Positions 10,133 through 18,732 of a stretch of 64,000 bases of DNA are shown here, piece by piece (position 1 is the first letter of the stretch; each line of letters opens with the position of its first letter). The stretch is from Polyangiales bacterium (GTDB lineage: Bacteria > Myxococcota_A > Polyangia > Polyangiales > Ga0077539). The stretch spans positions 128,001-192,000 of the forward strand of contig JBGARZ010000013.1 in NCBI GenBank assembly GCA_044229975.1, in the 5' to 3' direction. The position numbers and the translations under genes were made by a program. Under the pieces are notes generated by a model that saw nothing but the letters and a program-made list of their open reading frames with translations, was not told the origin of the DNA and did not search any database.

Positions 10133-10262
10133 GGTGATGCCTCCGTCCCGGGCGGGGCGCACCGTGCGCCGTTTCCTGGAACGCAGGTTCATCGGGACGC
10201 CGACCCGGCAGGTTTCCCACCGGGTGATGAATTCGACACGAGGGGAGAAGACGAGCGTCCGC

Positions 10263-10477
10263 CCGCTACCACTCGGCCGACGTGGACCAGCGGGAAGGCA
10301 CCCGACCGCCACCACTCGGCCGACGTGGACCAGCGGGAAGACACCCGACCGCGACCGCTCGTCCGACGTGCACCAGCGGGAAGACGCCCGACCGCTACCA
10401 CTCGGCCGACGCGGACCAGCGGGCAGGCACCCGGCCGCTGCCGCTCGCCCGATGCGAACCAGCGGGCAGGCGCACGT
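10263..10477. repeat. Five tandem copies of a 43-bp unit (ccgctaccactcggccgacgtggaccagcgggaaggcacccga)
   Basis: Units start at 10263, 10306, 10349, 10392 and 10435; intergenic; period not a multiple of 3. Confidence 0.92.
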
Positions 10478-10498
10478 CAGAACTCCTGCGACCCGGGA

Positions 10499-11626
10499 CT
10501 ACGGCGTCGGCGTCATCGTCACGCCCGGCGCCGCAGCGGGAGCGGTCGTCGGCGCGGCGGGCTGCTCGTTGCCCGTCGGCGTCGCGCCCGCGGCGGTGGC
10601 CGGCGCGGCGGCCCCGAGCAGCTCGCGCAGACGCGCCCGGCGCTCGGCCTCCGGCAACTGGAGCACCTGCGTGGTGTCCATCGTCATCATCGGAACACTC
10701 CCCCCGCCCGTGACCACCGGCAGATGGCCGTCCCAGCGCTGGAGCTGCCGGTACGCGATGACGTCGCGGTTCATGGAGAGGCGGATGATCTCGTTGGCCT
10801 GCGCCTCGGAGCGCGCGCGGATGAGCAGCGCGTCGCCCTCGCCCTGCGCCCGCTGCCGCGACGCCTCGGCCTCGCCGCGCGCCTGCGCCACGGCCTGCTC
10901 GGCCTCGGCGCGAATCTGTCGCACGCGGTTTTCCGCCTGGATGGCGTTTTGCGTCGCCTCCATCGCGCGGTTGATGGCCGCGACCACGTTGTCGGGCAGC
11001 CGCAGCGCCGAGTTGAACGTGAGCTGGTCGATGACGAAGCCATCGGTGCCGAGGCGGGTCACCACCCGCTGGAGGCTCTCGTTGAGCAGCCGCGTCTTGC
11101 CCGCGCCGTAGATCTGTTGCACCGGCATCACGGCCGCGCCCTCGTTGAGCGCCTCGCGCACCACGTTGCGGACATACCCGTGGGCGAGGATGAGCACGTC
11201 GCGCTGCCGAAACCGCGCGTACAGCCGCGGCGCCCGCTCGGCCTCGACGTGGAAGGCCAGGCCCACGTCGGCGTTGACGGTCACGCCCTCCGACGACGCG
11301 AAGGTGATGGACTCGTCGATGGTCGAGCCCTCGTGGGGGTCGTGGCTCCAGACGATGTTTTGCACGCTCGTCGGAAACTCCACGACCATCTCGGTGAGGG
11401 GGTTGTAGGCGACCCAGCCCGTCACGATGGGCGCGTCCTGCACGCCCCGCGCGCTGCCCGCGAGCTTCACCCGGATGCCCACGTGCCCGGGGTCGACGCG
11501 CGCACAGCTCGCTGATCCGACCACGCACGCCAGCACCAGCACCAGCAGGGTGATGAGCCCGCTGCGCACCGCGCCCCCGACGTTGGACGGGTTGAACTGC
11601 ACCGTGTTGTTGCCTGTCTTCGCCAT
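10499..11626 (-). CDS. SPFH/Band-7/prohibitin family membrane protein
   Basis: N-terminal TM, RVDPGHVGI, VRNVVREAL, AEAEQAVAQARGEAEA coiled coil, RWDGHLP. Confidence 0.9.
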   Translation of the reverse strand: MAKTGNNTVQFNPSNVGGAVRSGLITLLVLVLACVVGSASCARVDPGHVGIRVKLAGSARGVQDAPIVTGWVAYNPLTEMVVEFPTSVQNIVWSHDPHEGSTIDESITFASSEGVTVNADVGLAFHVEAERAPRLYARFRQRDVLILAHGYVRNVVREALNEGAAVMPVQQIYGAGKTRLLNESLQRVVTRLGTDGFVIDQLTFNSALRLPDNVVAAINRAMEATQNAIQAENRVRQIRAEAEQAVAQARGEAEASRQRAQGEGDALLIRARSEAQANEIIRLSMNRDVIAYRQLQRWDGHLPVVTGGGSVPMMTMDTTQVLQLPEAERRARLRELLGAAAPATAAGATPTGNEQPAAPTTAPAAAPGVTMTPTP

Positions 11627-11639
11627 CGCCGCTCTCCTG

Positions 11640-11936
11640 TCATCCCCGCGCGGGCCGCAGCACGCGCAGCGCGAACACCACGTTGGCCACCAGCAGCAGC
11701 GCCGCCGCCGACCAGCCGAGCCACACGTCCGCGTCGCGCGGCGCGTTGACCCAGCGCACCACCGCCGTGAACACCAGCCCGTCGACCACCAGCGCCGCCG
11801 CCACCAGCACGGCCGTCTTCACGCGCGACCGCTGCGCCCCGCGGAGGCCCGCGAGCTCAGCCGTCAGCCGCGCGTTTTCCGCCGCCAGCGAGTGCCGCTC
11901 GTCCCGAAACGCCCCACGATCGCCGCCGGGTTCCAC
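11640..11936 (-). CDS. Small two-TM hypothetical protein upstream of the SPFH gene
   Basis: GTG at 11936; short coiled coil (LAAENARLTAELAGL) followed by two hydrophobic helices; stop 14 bp before the SPFH start. Confidence 0.65.
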   Translation of the reverse strand: MEPGGDRGAFRDERHSLAAENARLTAELAGLRGAQRSRVKTAVLVAAALVVDGLVFTAVVRWVNAPRDADVWLGWSAAALLLVANVVFALRVLRPARG

Positions 11937-12092
11937 TGGGCGCAGCGTATACCCCCGGCCCTCGCCCCACGCACCCGCTGACCGCGCTTTGTGAGGCTCG
12001 CGAACCACAGCGCCGCGGTGTTTCCGCCCCCGATGGAGCGGTGTTAGGGTCCGCGCCCTCCATCGCCTGAACTGCCCGCAAGAGGTTCGCTC

Positions 12093-13649
12093 GTGAAGCC
12101 CGTGCCCCGCCGACTCATCGCCTCCGTCGCGCTCGCCTCCGTCACGCTCACCGCCGCGCTGCCCTCCGAGGCCATCGTCGTCGCACGCGTCACCCGGCAC
12201 GGGTACATCCTCACCGACGCCCCGGACGACCCCATCTACGGCGAAAACCTCCCGGTCTCCAACAGCCGCGACATGATCACCTTCATCGGTGAGGCCACCG
12301 CGGTGCTGAGCGAGGTCGAGGGCTTCCACGCGGGGAAGTTTCTCGCGACGATGCAGCTCCCGAGCACCCAGAGCCCGCTGGCGTTCTACCTCCCCATCCG
12401 CAACGACGTGCGCGGCATCGGGCAGCGCAGCAACGCCGACACGCGCGTCGAGGTCTTCGACAACAACCGCGCCTACAACACCGCCTTCTCCCTCGACGGC
12501 TTCCTCTACCTCAACTCCCTCCGCTTCTACACCGACCCGCGCTCCATCAACTTCGGGCGCTACCTCATCTGCACCCAGGAGTTCGGTCACCGCTACGGGC
12601 CGCGCAACGAGGTCCCCGCGTTTCCCCTCGGCGCCTCCGACGGCGGCGTGACCAACGACGGCGGCGTGACCAACGACGGCGGCGTCGCCACGCCCGATGT
12701 GACCGAGCTCGACGTCGCCACGGTGGATGTGCCCGCGACGGACGTACCCGTGACCGACGTGCCCGCGACCGACGGCGGCGCGCGCGACGGGTCCGCCGAC
12801 GCTGCCACCGGCCCGATCGCTCTCGTCCGCGACGCGCTCCTCGGCCGCGGCAACGAGGTCAACGGCATGGTCACCAACCGCGCCCACTGGAGCTACTTCT
12901 TCAACACCGGCGGATCGCCGATGGAAGGCAACCTCTGGACGGAGTCGGAGCCGGGGACCTTTCGCACCGAGCGACCGTCGTTTCGCTTCTCCGACTTCGA
13001 CCTCTACAACATGGGCCTCGTGCCCGCGTCCGCGGTGCGCCCCACCTTCCTCATCGCCGAACCCACCATGCTCCCGCGCGGCATCGACCGCGACTCCGCG
13101 CCCGAATACTCGGGCCGAACGGTGACCATCCGCGGCCGACGCGTCCCCGTCTCCATCGACGACATCATCTACGCCAACGGCCAGCGCAGCCCCGCGTACC
13201 CCGACACCCCGCGCGACCTCGACGTCGTGTGGGTGCTCTGGGTCGAGCCCGATCAGGTGACCGACGACCTCGCCGCGGAGTTCGACCAGGCCATCGAGTC
13301 GTGCGCCCTCGGCTACGACACCGCGAGCGCCAACCTCTCGCGCCTCGTCTCCAACACCCCCTTCGTCGAGCCCCCCGACGCGGGCTTCACCCCCGACGCA
13401 GGCACACCCGACGCGGGCGCTGAAGACGCCGGAACACCCGACAGCGGAATCAACTTCCCCCCCGAGGACGTGGTGCTCGCGACCGAGGACGTCGTGACGC
13501 CCGTCGCCCCCACCGCCGCGGGCGGCTGCGCCTGCTCCACCCACGCGCGGCCCACCGCCCCGTCGGGACTCTGCGCCGTCGGCGTCGCGTTGGCGCTTGC
13601 CACCACGCTGCGCCGCCGGCGCCGCGGGGTGGTAGCCTCGGCCGCGTGA
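12093..13649 (+). CDS. Secreted metallopeptidase-like protein with MYXO-CTERM-like tail
   Basis: Signal peptide; TQEFGH, AHWSYFF...MEGN and DLYNMGL motifs; C-terminal GGCAC, hydrophobic stretch and RRRRR. Confidence 0.75.
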   Translation: MKPVPRRLIASVALASVTLTAALPSEAIVVARVTRHGYILTDAPDDPIYGENLPVSNSRDMITFIGEATAVLSEVEGFHAGKFLATMQLPSTQSPLAFYLPIRNDVRGIGQRSNADTRVEVFDNNRAYNTAFSLDGFLYLNSLRFYTDPRSINFGRYLICTQEFGHRYGPRNEVPAFPLGASDGGVTNDGGVTNDGGVATPDVTELDVATVDVPATDVPVTDVPATDGGARDGSADAATGPIALVRDALLGRGNEVNGMVTNRAHWSYFFNTGGSPMEGNLWTESEPGTFRTERPSFRFSDFDLYNMGLVPASAVRPTFLIAEPTMLPRGIDRDSAPEYSGRTVTIRGRRVPVSIDDIIYANGQRSPAYPDTPRDLDVVWVLWVEPDQVTDDLAAEFDQAIESCALGYDTASANLSRLVSNTPFVEPPDAGFTPDAGTPDAGAEDAGTPDSGINFPPEDVVLATEDVVTPVAPTAAGGCACSTHARPTAPSGLCAVGVALALATTLRRRRRGVVASAA

Positions 13650-14707
13650 GCCGCGAGACCCCTCCACTCCCCCAACACGTCTTCCGCTGGGACCTCGACA
13701 AGACCTACCTCCACACCGAGTTCGATCACTGGATCGACCTCGTGAAGACCGCCGTCGAGACGCCCGAGACCAAGCGCTCCATGCCCGGCGCCGCGCGCCT
13801 CATCCGCGCGCTCAAGCTCCACCAGCCGAGCCGCGTCACCATCCTCTCGGGCAGCCCCGAGCAGATGCGCGGAACCCTCGAATCCAAGCTCCGCCTCGAC
13901 GGCATCGCGTGGGACGAGTTCACCCTCAAGCCGTCCGTCCGCAACATCCTGCGGCTGCGCTTTCGGGCCCTGCGCGACCAGCTCGGGTACAAGCTCCCGG
14001 CCCTCCTCGACGCCCGCACCCGCGTCGCCCAGGACGTCCCCGAAACCCTCTTCGGCGACGACGCCGAGGCCGACGCGCTCGTCTACTCCCTCTACGCCGA
14101 CGTGCTCTCGGGCAAGGTCTCGGACCGTCAGCTCACGGCCGTTCTGGAGCAGTCCCGCACCTACGCCGACGTCGTGTCGGAGGTCATCCGCCTCGTGCAT
14201 CGCGTGGAGAAGGGCGACGTCGTGCGCCGCATCTTCATCCACCTCGAACGCCGCTCCGACCCCGACTTCTTCCGTCTGTATGGGCCGCGCGTGGTGCCCG
14301 TCTCCAACTACCTCCAGGCCGCCGTGGTGCTCGTCTCCGACGGGCTCCTCGGCACCGACGCCCTCGCCCCCATCGCCGCCGCCGTGCACACCGAGACGCA
14401 GCTCCCGGTGCCCGCGCTCGCCGCCACGCTGCATGACCTCGTGCGCCGCGGCGACCTCACGCCCGACGTCGTGCACCGCGTCGCCAAGGCCCTCGGTGAC
14501 TCCGCCCCGCAGCTCGACCTCACCGCCGACGAGCTCACCGAGCTCGCCGATGCCCTGCAGGACACACCCCCCGCGGCCGATCCTCCGCCGGTCGTGGCGA
14601 TCGACTACCTCAACGCCCTCGACGACGACCGCGCGCGCTGGGAGGCCGCCCGCCTCGCGGCCCGCGCCCGCAACCGCGAGCGCAGCAAGCCCCCGACGGA
14701 GCAGTGA
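13646..14707 (+). CDS. HAD-like phosphatase domain protein (App1/LNS2-like)
   Basis: WDLDKT (DxDxT), ILSGSP, FGDDAEAD; start overlaps the upstream stop. Confidence 0.65.
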   Translation: MSRETPPLPQHVFRWDLDKTYLHTEFDHWIDLVKTAVETPETKRSMPGAARLIRALKLHQPSRVTILSGSPEQMRGTLESKLRLDGIAWDEFTLKPSVRNILRLRFRALRDQLGYKLPALLDARTRVAQDVPETLFGDDAEADALVYSLYADVLSGKVSDRQLTAVLEQSRTYADVVSEVIRLVHRVEKGDVVRRIFIHLERRSDPDFFRLYGPRVVPVSNYLQAAVVLVSDGLLGTDALAPIAAAVHTETQLPVPALAATLHDLVRRGDLTPDVVHRVAKALGDSAPQLDLTADELTELADALQDTPPAADPPPVVAIDYLNALDDDRARWEAARLAARARNRERSKPPTEQ

Positions 14708-14761
14708 CGCCGCGCGGCGCGCACGGTGGACGCACCACCCGCCGCTCTCTACACTGCCTTC

Positions 14762-16099
14762 ATGAACCGACTGCTCCGCGCAACCCTCCTGCTCGCGGTG
14801 CTCGGAGGATGCGGCGCGCGGACGGGGCTTCGTACCCCCGACGTGGTCACCGACTCTCCGCCCGTCGACGACGTCCCGCCGCGGCCACCTCCGACGTGCA
14901 TCGAGGTGCAGCCCGGCACCGACGTGGTCACCGTCAACCTCGAGACGCGGCCGCAGGTGAGCGTGGCGGACGTGTTCTTCCTCATCGACCGCACGGGCTC
15001 GATGGACGGCGAGATCGACAACATCAAGGCCAACCTCCAGCGCAGCATCGTGCCGGCCATCGCGCGCGCCATCGACGACGTGCAGTTCGGCGTGGCGACC
15101 TACGCGGACTTCCCGCTGCGGAGGCCCGACGGCGTCGAGTACGGCAACATCAACATCCCCACGGACATCCCCTTCACCCTCGTCTCCCCCATCGACCGCG
15201 GCATCGCCAACGTGCAGGGCGCCGTCGACGGCATCATCACGGGCGGCGGCGGCGACAACCCCGAGGCCATGGTCGAGGCGCTCTTCCAGGTCGCCAGCGG
15301 CGAGGGTTACACCCCGTGGATCACCCCACGCGCGGCATGCCCCGTCCCCGGCCGCCTCGGGTACGGGTGCCTGCGCCCCAACGCCCAGACCATCATCCTC
15401 CTCATCGCCGACGCGCCCAGCCACAACGGCCCCTTCGGCAGCAACGCCTACGTCAACACGTCGTTCACCACGCCCGCCCTCTGCCCGGCGTCGCTCCCGG
15501 CATGTGCCGCCGCGCGCGGGCCGCACACCTACGTCGAGGCCCTCGCGGCGCTGCGCGCCCTCAACGCGCGGGTCATCGGCATCAACTCGGGCGCCGGCCA
15601 GTACACGGGTCGCCCCGACCTCCAGCGCCTGGCGATGGACACCGGGTCGGTCACCGCCGCGGGCTCGCCGCTCGTGTTCGACATCGGCGCCGATGGGCGC
15701 GACCTCGACTCCCGCGTCGTCACCGCCGTCGAGACCTTCACCCAGCAGGTGCGCTTCAACGCCTCGGCGCGCGTCATCGACCTCGACCCCCAGCGCCCCG
15801 CCTCGCAGTTCGTGGTGGCCGTGCGCCCCGTCTCCGCCGCGCCCGCCGCCAACATCGAGCGCCTCGACATGACGACCTTCTACGGGGTGGTCCCGGGCAC
15901 GCGGCTCACCTTCGGGCTCGACCTGCGCACCAACCTCCCGCGCATGGCGACGGCGCAGCGCTTCCCCGCGCGGGTGCAGTTCTTCGGCGACGGCCGGCCC
16001 AACCTCGGGTCACAGGACATCGTCATCGTCATCCCCGGCGAAGACATGACGGGCTGCAACGACAACTCCGTCGAGATCACCGATGCCGGCGTTCGGTGA
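14762..16099 (+). CDS. von Willebrand A (MIDAS) domain lipoprotein, CglB/CglD-like adhesin class
   Basis: LGGC lipobox; DVFFLIDRTGSM MIDAS motif, GGGDNPEA, LIADAPSH. Confidence 0.82.
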   Translation: MNRLLRATLLLAVLGGCGARTGLRTPDVVTDSPPVDDVPPRPPPTCIEVQPGTDVVTVNLETRPQVSVADVFFLIDRTGSMDGEIDNIKANLQRSIVPAIARAIDDVQFGVATYADFPLRRPDGVEYGNINIPTDIPFTLVSPIDRGIANVQGAVDGIITGGGGDNPEAMVEALFQVASGEGYTPWITPRAACPVPGRLGYGCLRPNAQTIILLIADAPSHNGPFGSNAYVNTSFTTPALCPASLPACAAARGPHTYVEALAALRALNARVIGINSGAGQYTGRPDLQRLAMDTGSVTAAGSPLVFDIGADGRDLDSRVVTAVETFTQQVRFNASARVIDLDPQRPASQFVVAVRPVSAAPAANIERLDMTTFYGVVPGTRLTFGLDLRTNLPRMATAQRFPARVQFFGDGRPNLGSQDIVIVIPGEDMTGCNDNSVEITDAGVR

Positions 16100-16130
16100 G
16101 CGCAGCACCACGGCGGCCCGCGCCCCCGAC

Positions 16131-16682
16131 GTGACGCCGCAGCGGCTGCTCACGGTGCGCATCCTGTGGGCGGCGCTGCTGTCGACCAACTTCGTCTACC
16201 TCGGCGTGCTGGCGTACGTGCGCGACCACCGGGCGCCGCTGCCTGCGCCCGCCTCCGCGATGGTGATGGCGATGGCGGTGGCGGGTCTCGCCAACGCCGT
16301 GATGAGCTTCGTGATGCCGCAGATGATCTACCGGCGGGCGGCGCTGGCGACGGGCGTGGCGACGCGCGAGGGGCTGATGGGCGACCCGCTGGGCGCGACG
16401 CAGGGGTTTCGCACGGCGGCCGCGAGCGGGCGGGTGTTTGGCGACGATCGCGCGGCGCGGCAGGCGGCGTTTCGCGTGTACCAGACGCCCTTCATCATGG
16501 GCATGGCGATGGCGGAGGCGGTGTCGCTCTTCGGCTTCGTGCTGGGCTTCCTCGGCGCGGAGTGGGCGCAGGTGCTGCCGTTCTTCGCGGTGGGCATCGC
16601 GGCGCAGGCGGCGCGGCTTCCGACGATGGGCAGGGTCGAGGGGATGTTCGAGGCGGCGCACGGGGCGCGCTTCGGGGGGTAA
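16131..16682 (+). CDS. Hypothetical membrane protein (about 4 TM)
   Basis: Hydrophobic helices; GTG at 16131; start uncertain. Confidence 0.65.
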   Translation: MTPQRLLTVRILWAALLSTNFVYLGVLAYVRDHRAPLPAPASAMVMAMAVAGLANAVMSFVMPQMIYRRAALATGVATREGLMGDPLGATQGFRTAAASGRVFGDDRAARQAAFRVYQTPFIMGMAMAEAVSLFGFVLGFLGAEWAQVLPFFAVGIAAQAARLPTMGRVEGMFEAAHGARFGG

Positions 16683-16802
16683 AGACCCCTGAGCCACCCT
16701 GCGCCAGCGCACCACGCTCGTTGCGTCCTTCGCTGATCGCGCACTCGACGAATCTCGCGGGGCACGCCCATTGCGATCGGTCTCTCCACGGAGGTCGATG
16801 CG

Positions 16803-17441
16803 ATGCGATGCCCGGCGCTGTTCACCCTGCTGGCCCTGCTCACCGCAGCGGCCACCGCGCACGCTGACCCCGCTCCTCCCGCCCGCCGGCGCGTCGTCCG
16901 CGACTACTTCCGCCGAACCATCTCCGCTGGCGCAACCCTTGGCGTGGGCTCGGCCCTCGGGCTCGTGGGCGCCTTCGTCGAGCTGCGCCCGTGGCGGGCC
17001 TTCGGCGTCGCGGTCGGCGGTGGCCTGGGCGGCAGCTTCGGCCCCAGCGTGGCGGCAACCTTGTTGGCATCCCCCATCGGAACGCGCCGCTGGGCCCTCG
17101 ACCTCGAAGCGTCGATCTCGCACCACTTCGCCTACGCCCAGGGGCTCTCGTTGAGCGGCGGGCGCGAGCTGCCCGGGTCGTCCAACTGGGTGGGCCTCGG
17201 GGTCGCGAGCGAGTGGCGCCCCAGCCGATCGATCATGCTGCGCGTCGCCGTCGGTCACGCGTGGCTCCTCGACACCAGCGGGTACGGCGTGCTGCGCGAG
17301 TCCGAGCTCCCCGAAGCGGAACAAGCGGTCGGCTTCCTCCCCGGCGCGACGCCCGTCGACGCAGCGCGCGCCGCCATCGCGGGCGACACGCTCGGCGTCT
17401 GGTACGTGCACATCGACCTCGCGCCCACCTGGCGTTGGTAG
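16803..17441 (+). CDS. Hypothetical exported protein, possibly a small outer-membrane beta-barrel
   Basis: AHA signal-peptidase site; amphipathic beta patterns; terminal aromatic residue (TWRW). Confidence 0.6.
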   Translation: MRCPALFTLLALLTAAATAHADPAPPARRRVVRDYFRRTISAGATLGVGSALGLVGAFVELRPWRAFGVAVGGGLGGSFGPSVAATLLASPIGTRRWALDLEASISHHFAYAQGLSLSGGRELPGSSNWVGLGVASEWRPSRSIMLRVAVGHAWLLDTSGYGVLRESELPEAEQAVGFLPGATPVDAARAAIAGDTLGVWYVHIDLAPTWRW

Positions 17442-17527
17442 CGCTCGGACGGTCGTTCCAAAAGCCGGGAAGTACGCGGTAGCGTCCGTCGTTCGTCGGT
17501 GACGGTCGTGGGCCCGGAGTTGGACGC

Positions 17528-18706
17528 GTGCTGATTCTCACAAGCCTCCTGCTGCTCGGTTGGGTCTGCCAACTGGTCCTCGCGTTTCGCATCCGGGGAG
17601 CCGTCCCGGTGGTCGCGTCGCTGCCCGCGCCCGCCCGCGACACGTGGCCGACGGTGTCGCTCATCGTGCCGGCGCGCGACGAAGGGCTGCACGTCGAAGC
17701 GGCGCTCGCGTCGAAGCTCTCGTGCGGATACCCGTCGCTGCAGGTGATCGCCATCGACGACCGCTCGACCGACGAGACGGGCGCCATCATCGACCGCGCC
17801 GCCGCGAAGGACCCGCGCGTGGTGGCGCTGCACCTCACCGAGCTGCCCGACGGGTGGCTCGGCAAGGTCCACGCGATGGCGCGGGGCCTGGAGCGCGCGA
17901 CGGGCGACTGGGTGCTGCTGAGCGACGCCGACGTGCACGTCGAGCCCGGGACCCTGGAGCGCCTCGTCGCCTGGGCCGAGGCGGGGAGCATCGATCTGGT
18001 CGCGGTGTTTCCGCGGATGCAGCCGGTGAGTCCGCTCATCGACGCGGCGCTGGGCGCGACGATCCGGGTGCTGACGCTCTCGGGCCGGGCGTGGAAGGGC
18101 AACGACGACACGAGCGGCGTGGGGATGAGCGTCGGGGCCTTCACGCTGGTGCGACGCGCCATGCTGGTGGAGAGCGACGCGCTCGGCCACCTGCGCATGG
18201 AGGTCGCCGACGACGTGGCGCTCGGCGGGTACCTGAAGGCGCGCGGCGCGCGGTGTCGCGTGCTGGTGGGACACGGCGACGTGCATCTGGTGTTCATGGA
18301 GTCCCTCGGGGCGATCGCGCGGAGCGGCGACAAGGGCGGCGGGATGCTCGGGTTCTCGTGGTGGAGGACGGTGTTCTTCGCGCTGCTGCCGTCGACGCTC
18401 GACGTGGTGCTGCCGACGGCGGCGCTCGCGTCGGGCGGGGCGACGGCGCTCGTCGGCGCGGCGACGCTCGCGGTGGCGACGGTGACGCACGTGGTGCTCA
18501 CGCGGCACTTCGACGGACCGTTGCGCGGCGCGCTGCTGTGGCCGATCGGCGAGGTGATGATGGGCGGGTTCACCCTCCGCGCGGGGCTGCGCGCGTGGAG
18601 GGACCAGGGGATCTACTGGCGGCGGACGTTCTACCCGCGAGCGGTCATCGAAGCGGGGCGGAAGCTGGACATGATCTCGATGAAGGTGACGCCGCGGGGG
18701 AAGTAG
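17528..18706 (+). CDS. Glycosyltransferase family 2 (HpnB/CrtQ-like), membrane-bound
   Basis: SLIVPARDE, IDDRSTDET, GWLGKVHA, SDADV, ADDVALG; C-terminal TMs and WRRT. Confidence 0.88.
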   Translation: MLILTSLLLLGWVCQLVLAFRIRGAVPVVASLPAPARDTWPTVSLIVPARDEGLHVEAALASKLSCGYPSLQVIAIDDRSTDETGAIIDRAAAKDPRVVALHLTELPDGWLGKVHAMARGLERATGDWVLLSDADVHVEPGTLERLVAWAEAGSIDLVAVFPRMQPVSPLIDAALGATIRVLTLSGRAWKGNDDTSGVGMSVGAFTLVRRAMLVESDALGHLRMEVADDVALGGYLKARGARCRVLVGHGDVHLVFMESLGAIARSGDKGGGMLGFSWWRTVFFALLPSTLDVVLPTAALASGGATALVGAATLAVATVTHVVLTRHFDGPLRGALLWPIGEVMMGGFTLRAGLRAWRDQGIYWRRTFYPRAVIEAGRKLDMISMKVTPRGK

Positions 18707-18732
18707 GAGTGACTCCCCGTCGGGGCTTCGTC

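Noticed and set aside
10263..10477. CRISPR or other spacer-containing array
   Set aside because: The units are contiguous near-identical 43-mers with scattered substitutions and no unique spacers; no cas-like gene is nearby.
14762..16099. Assigning gene symbol cglB or cglD
   Set aside because: The VWA lipoprotein class is evident, but orthology cannot be established by eye and no glt/agl genes are adjacent.
16131..16682. ATP synthase subunit c (AMAEAVSLFG resemblance)
   Set aside because: Too long, lacks the GxGxGxG and RQP loop, and there is no atp operon context.
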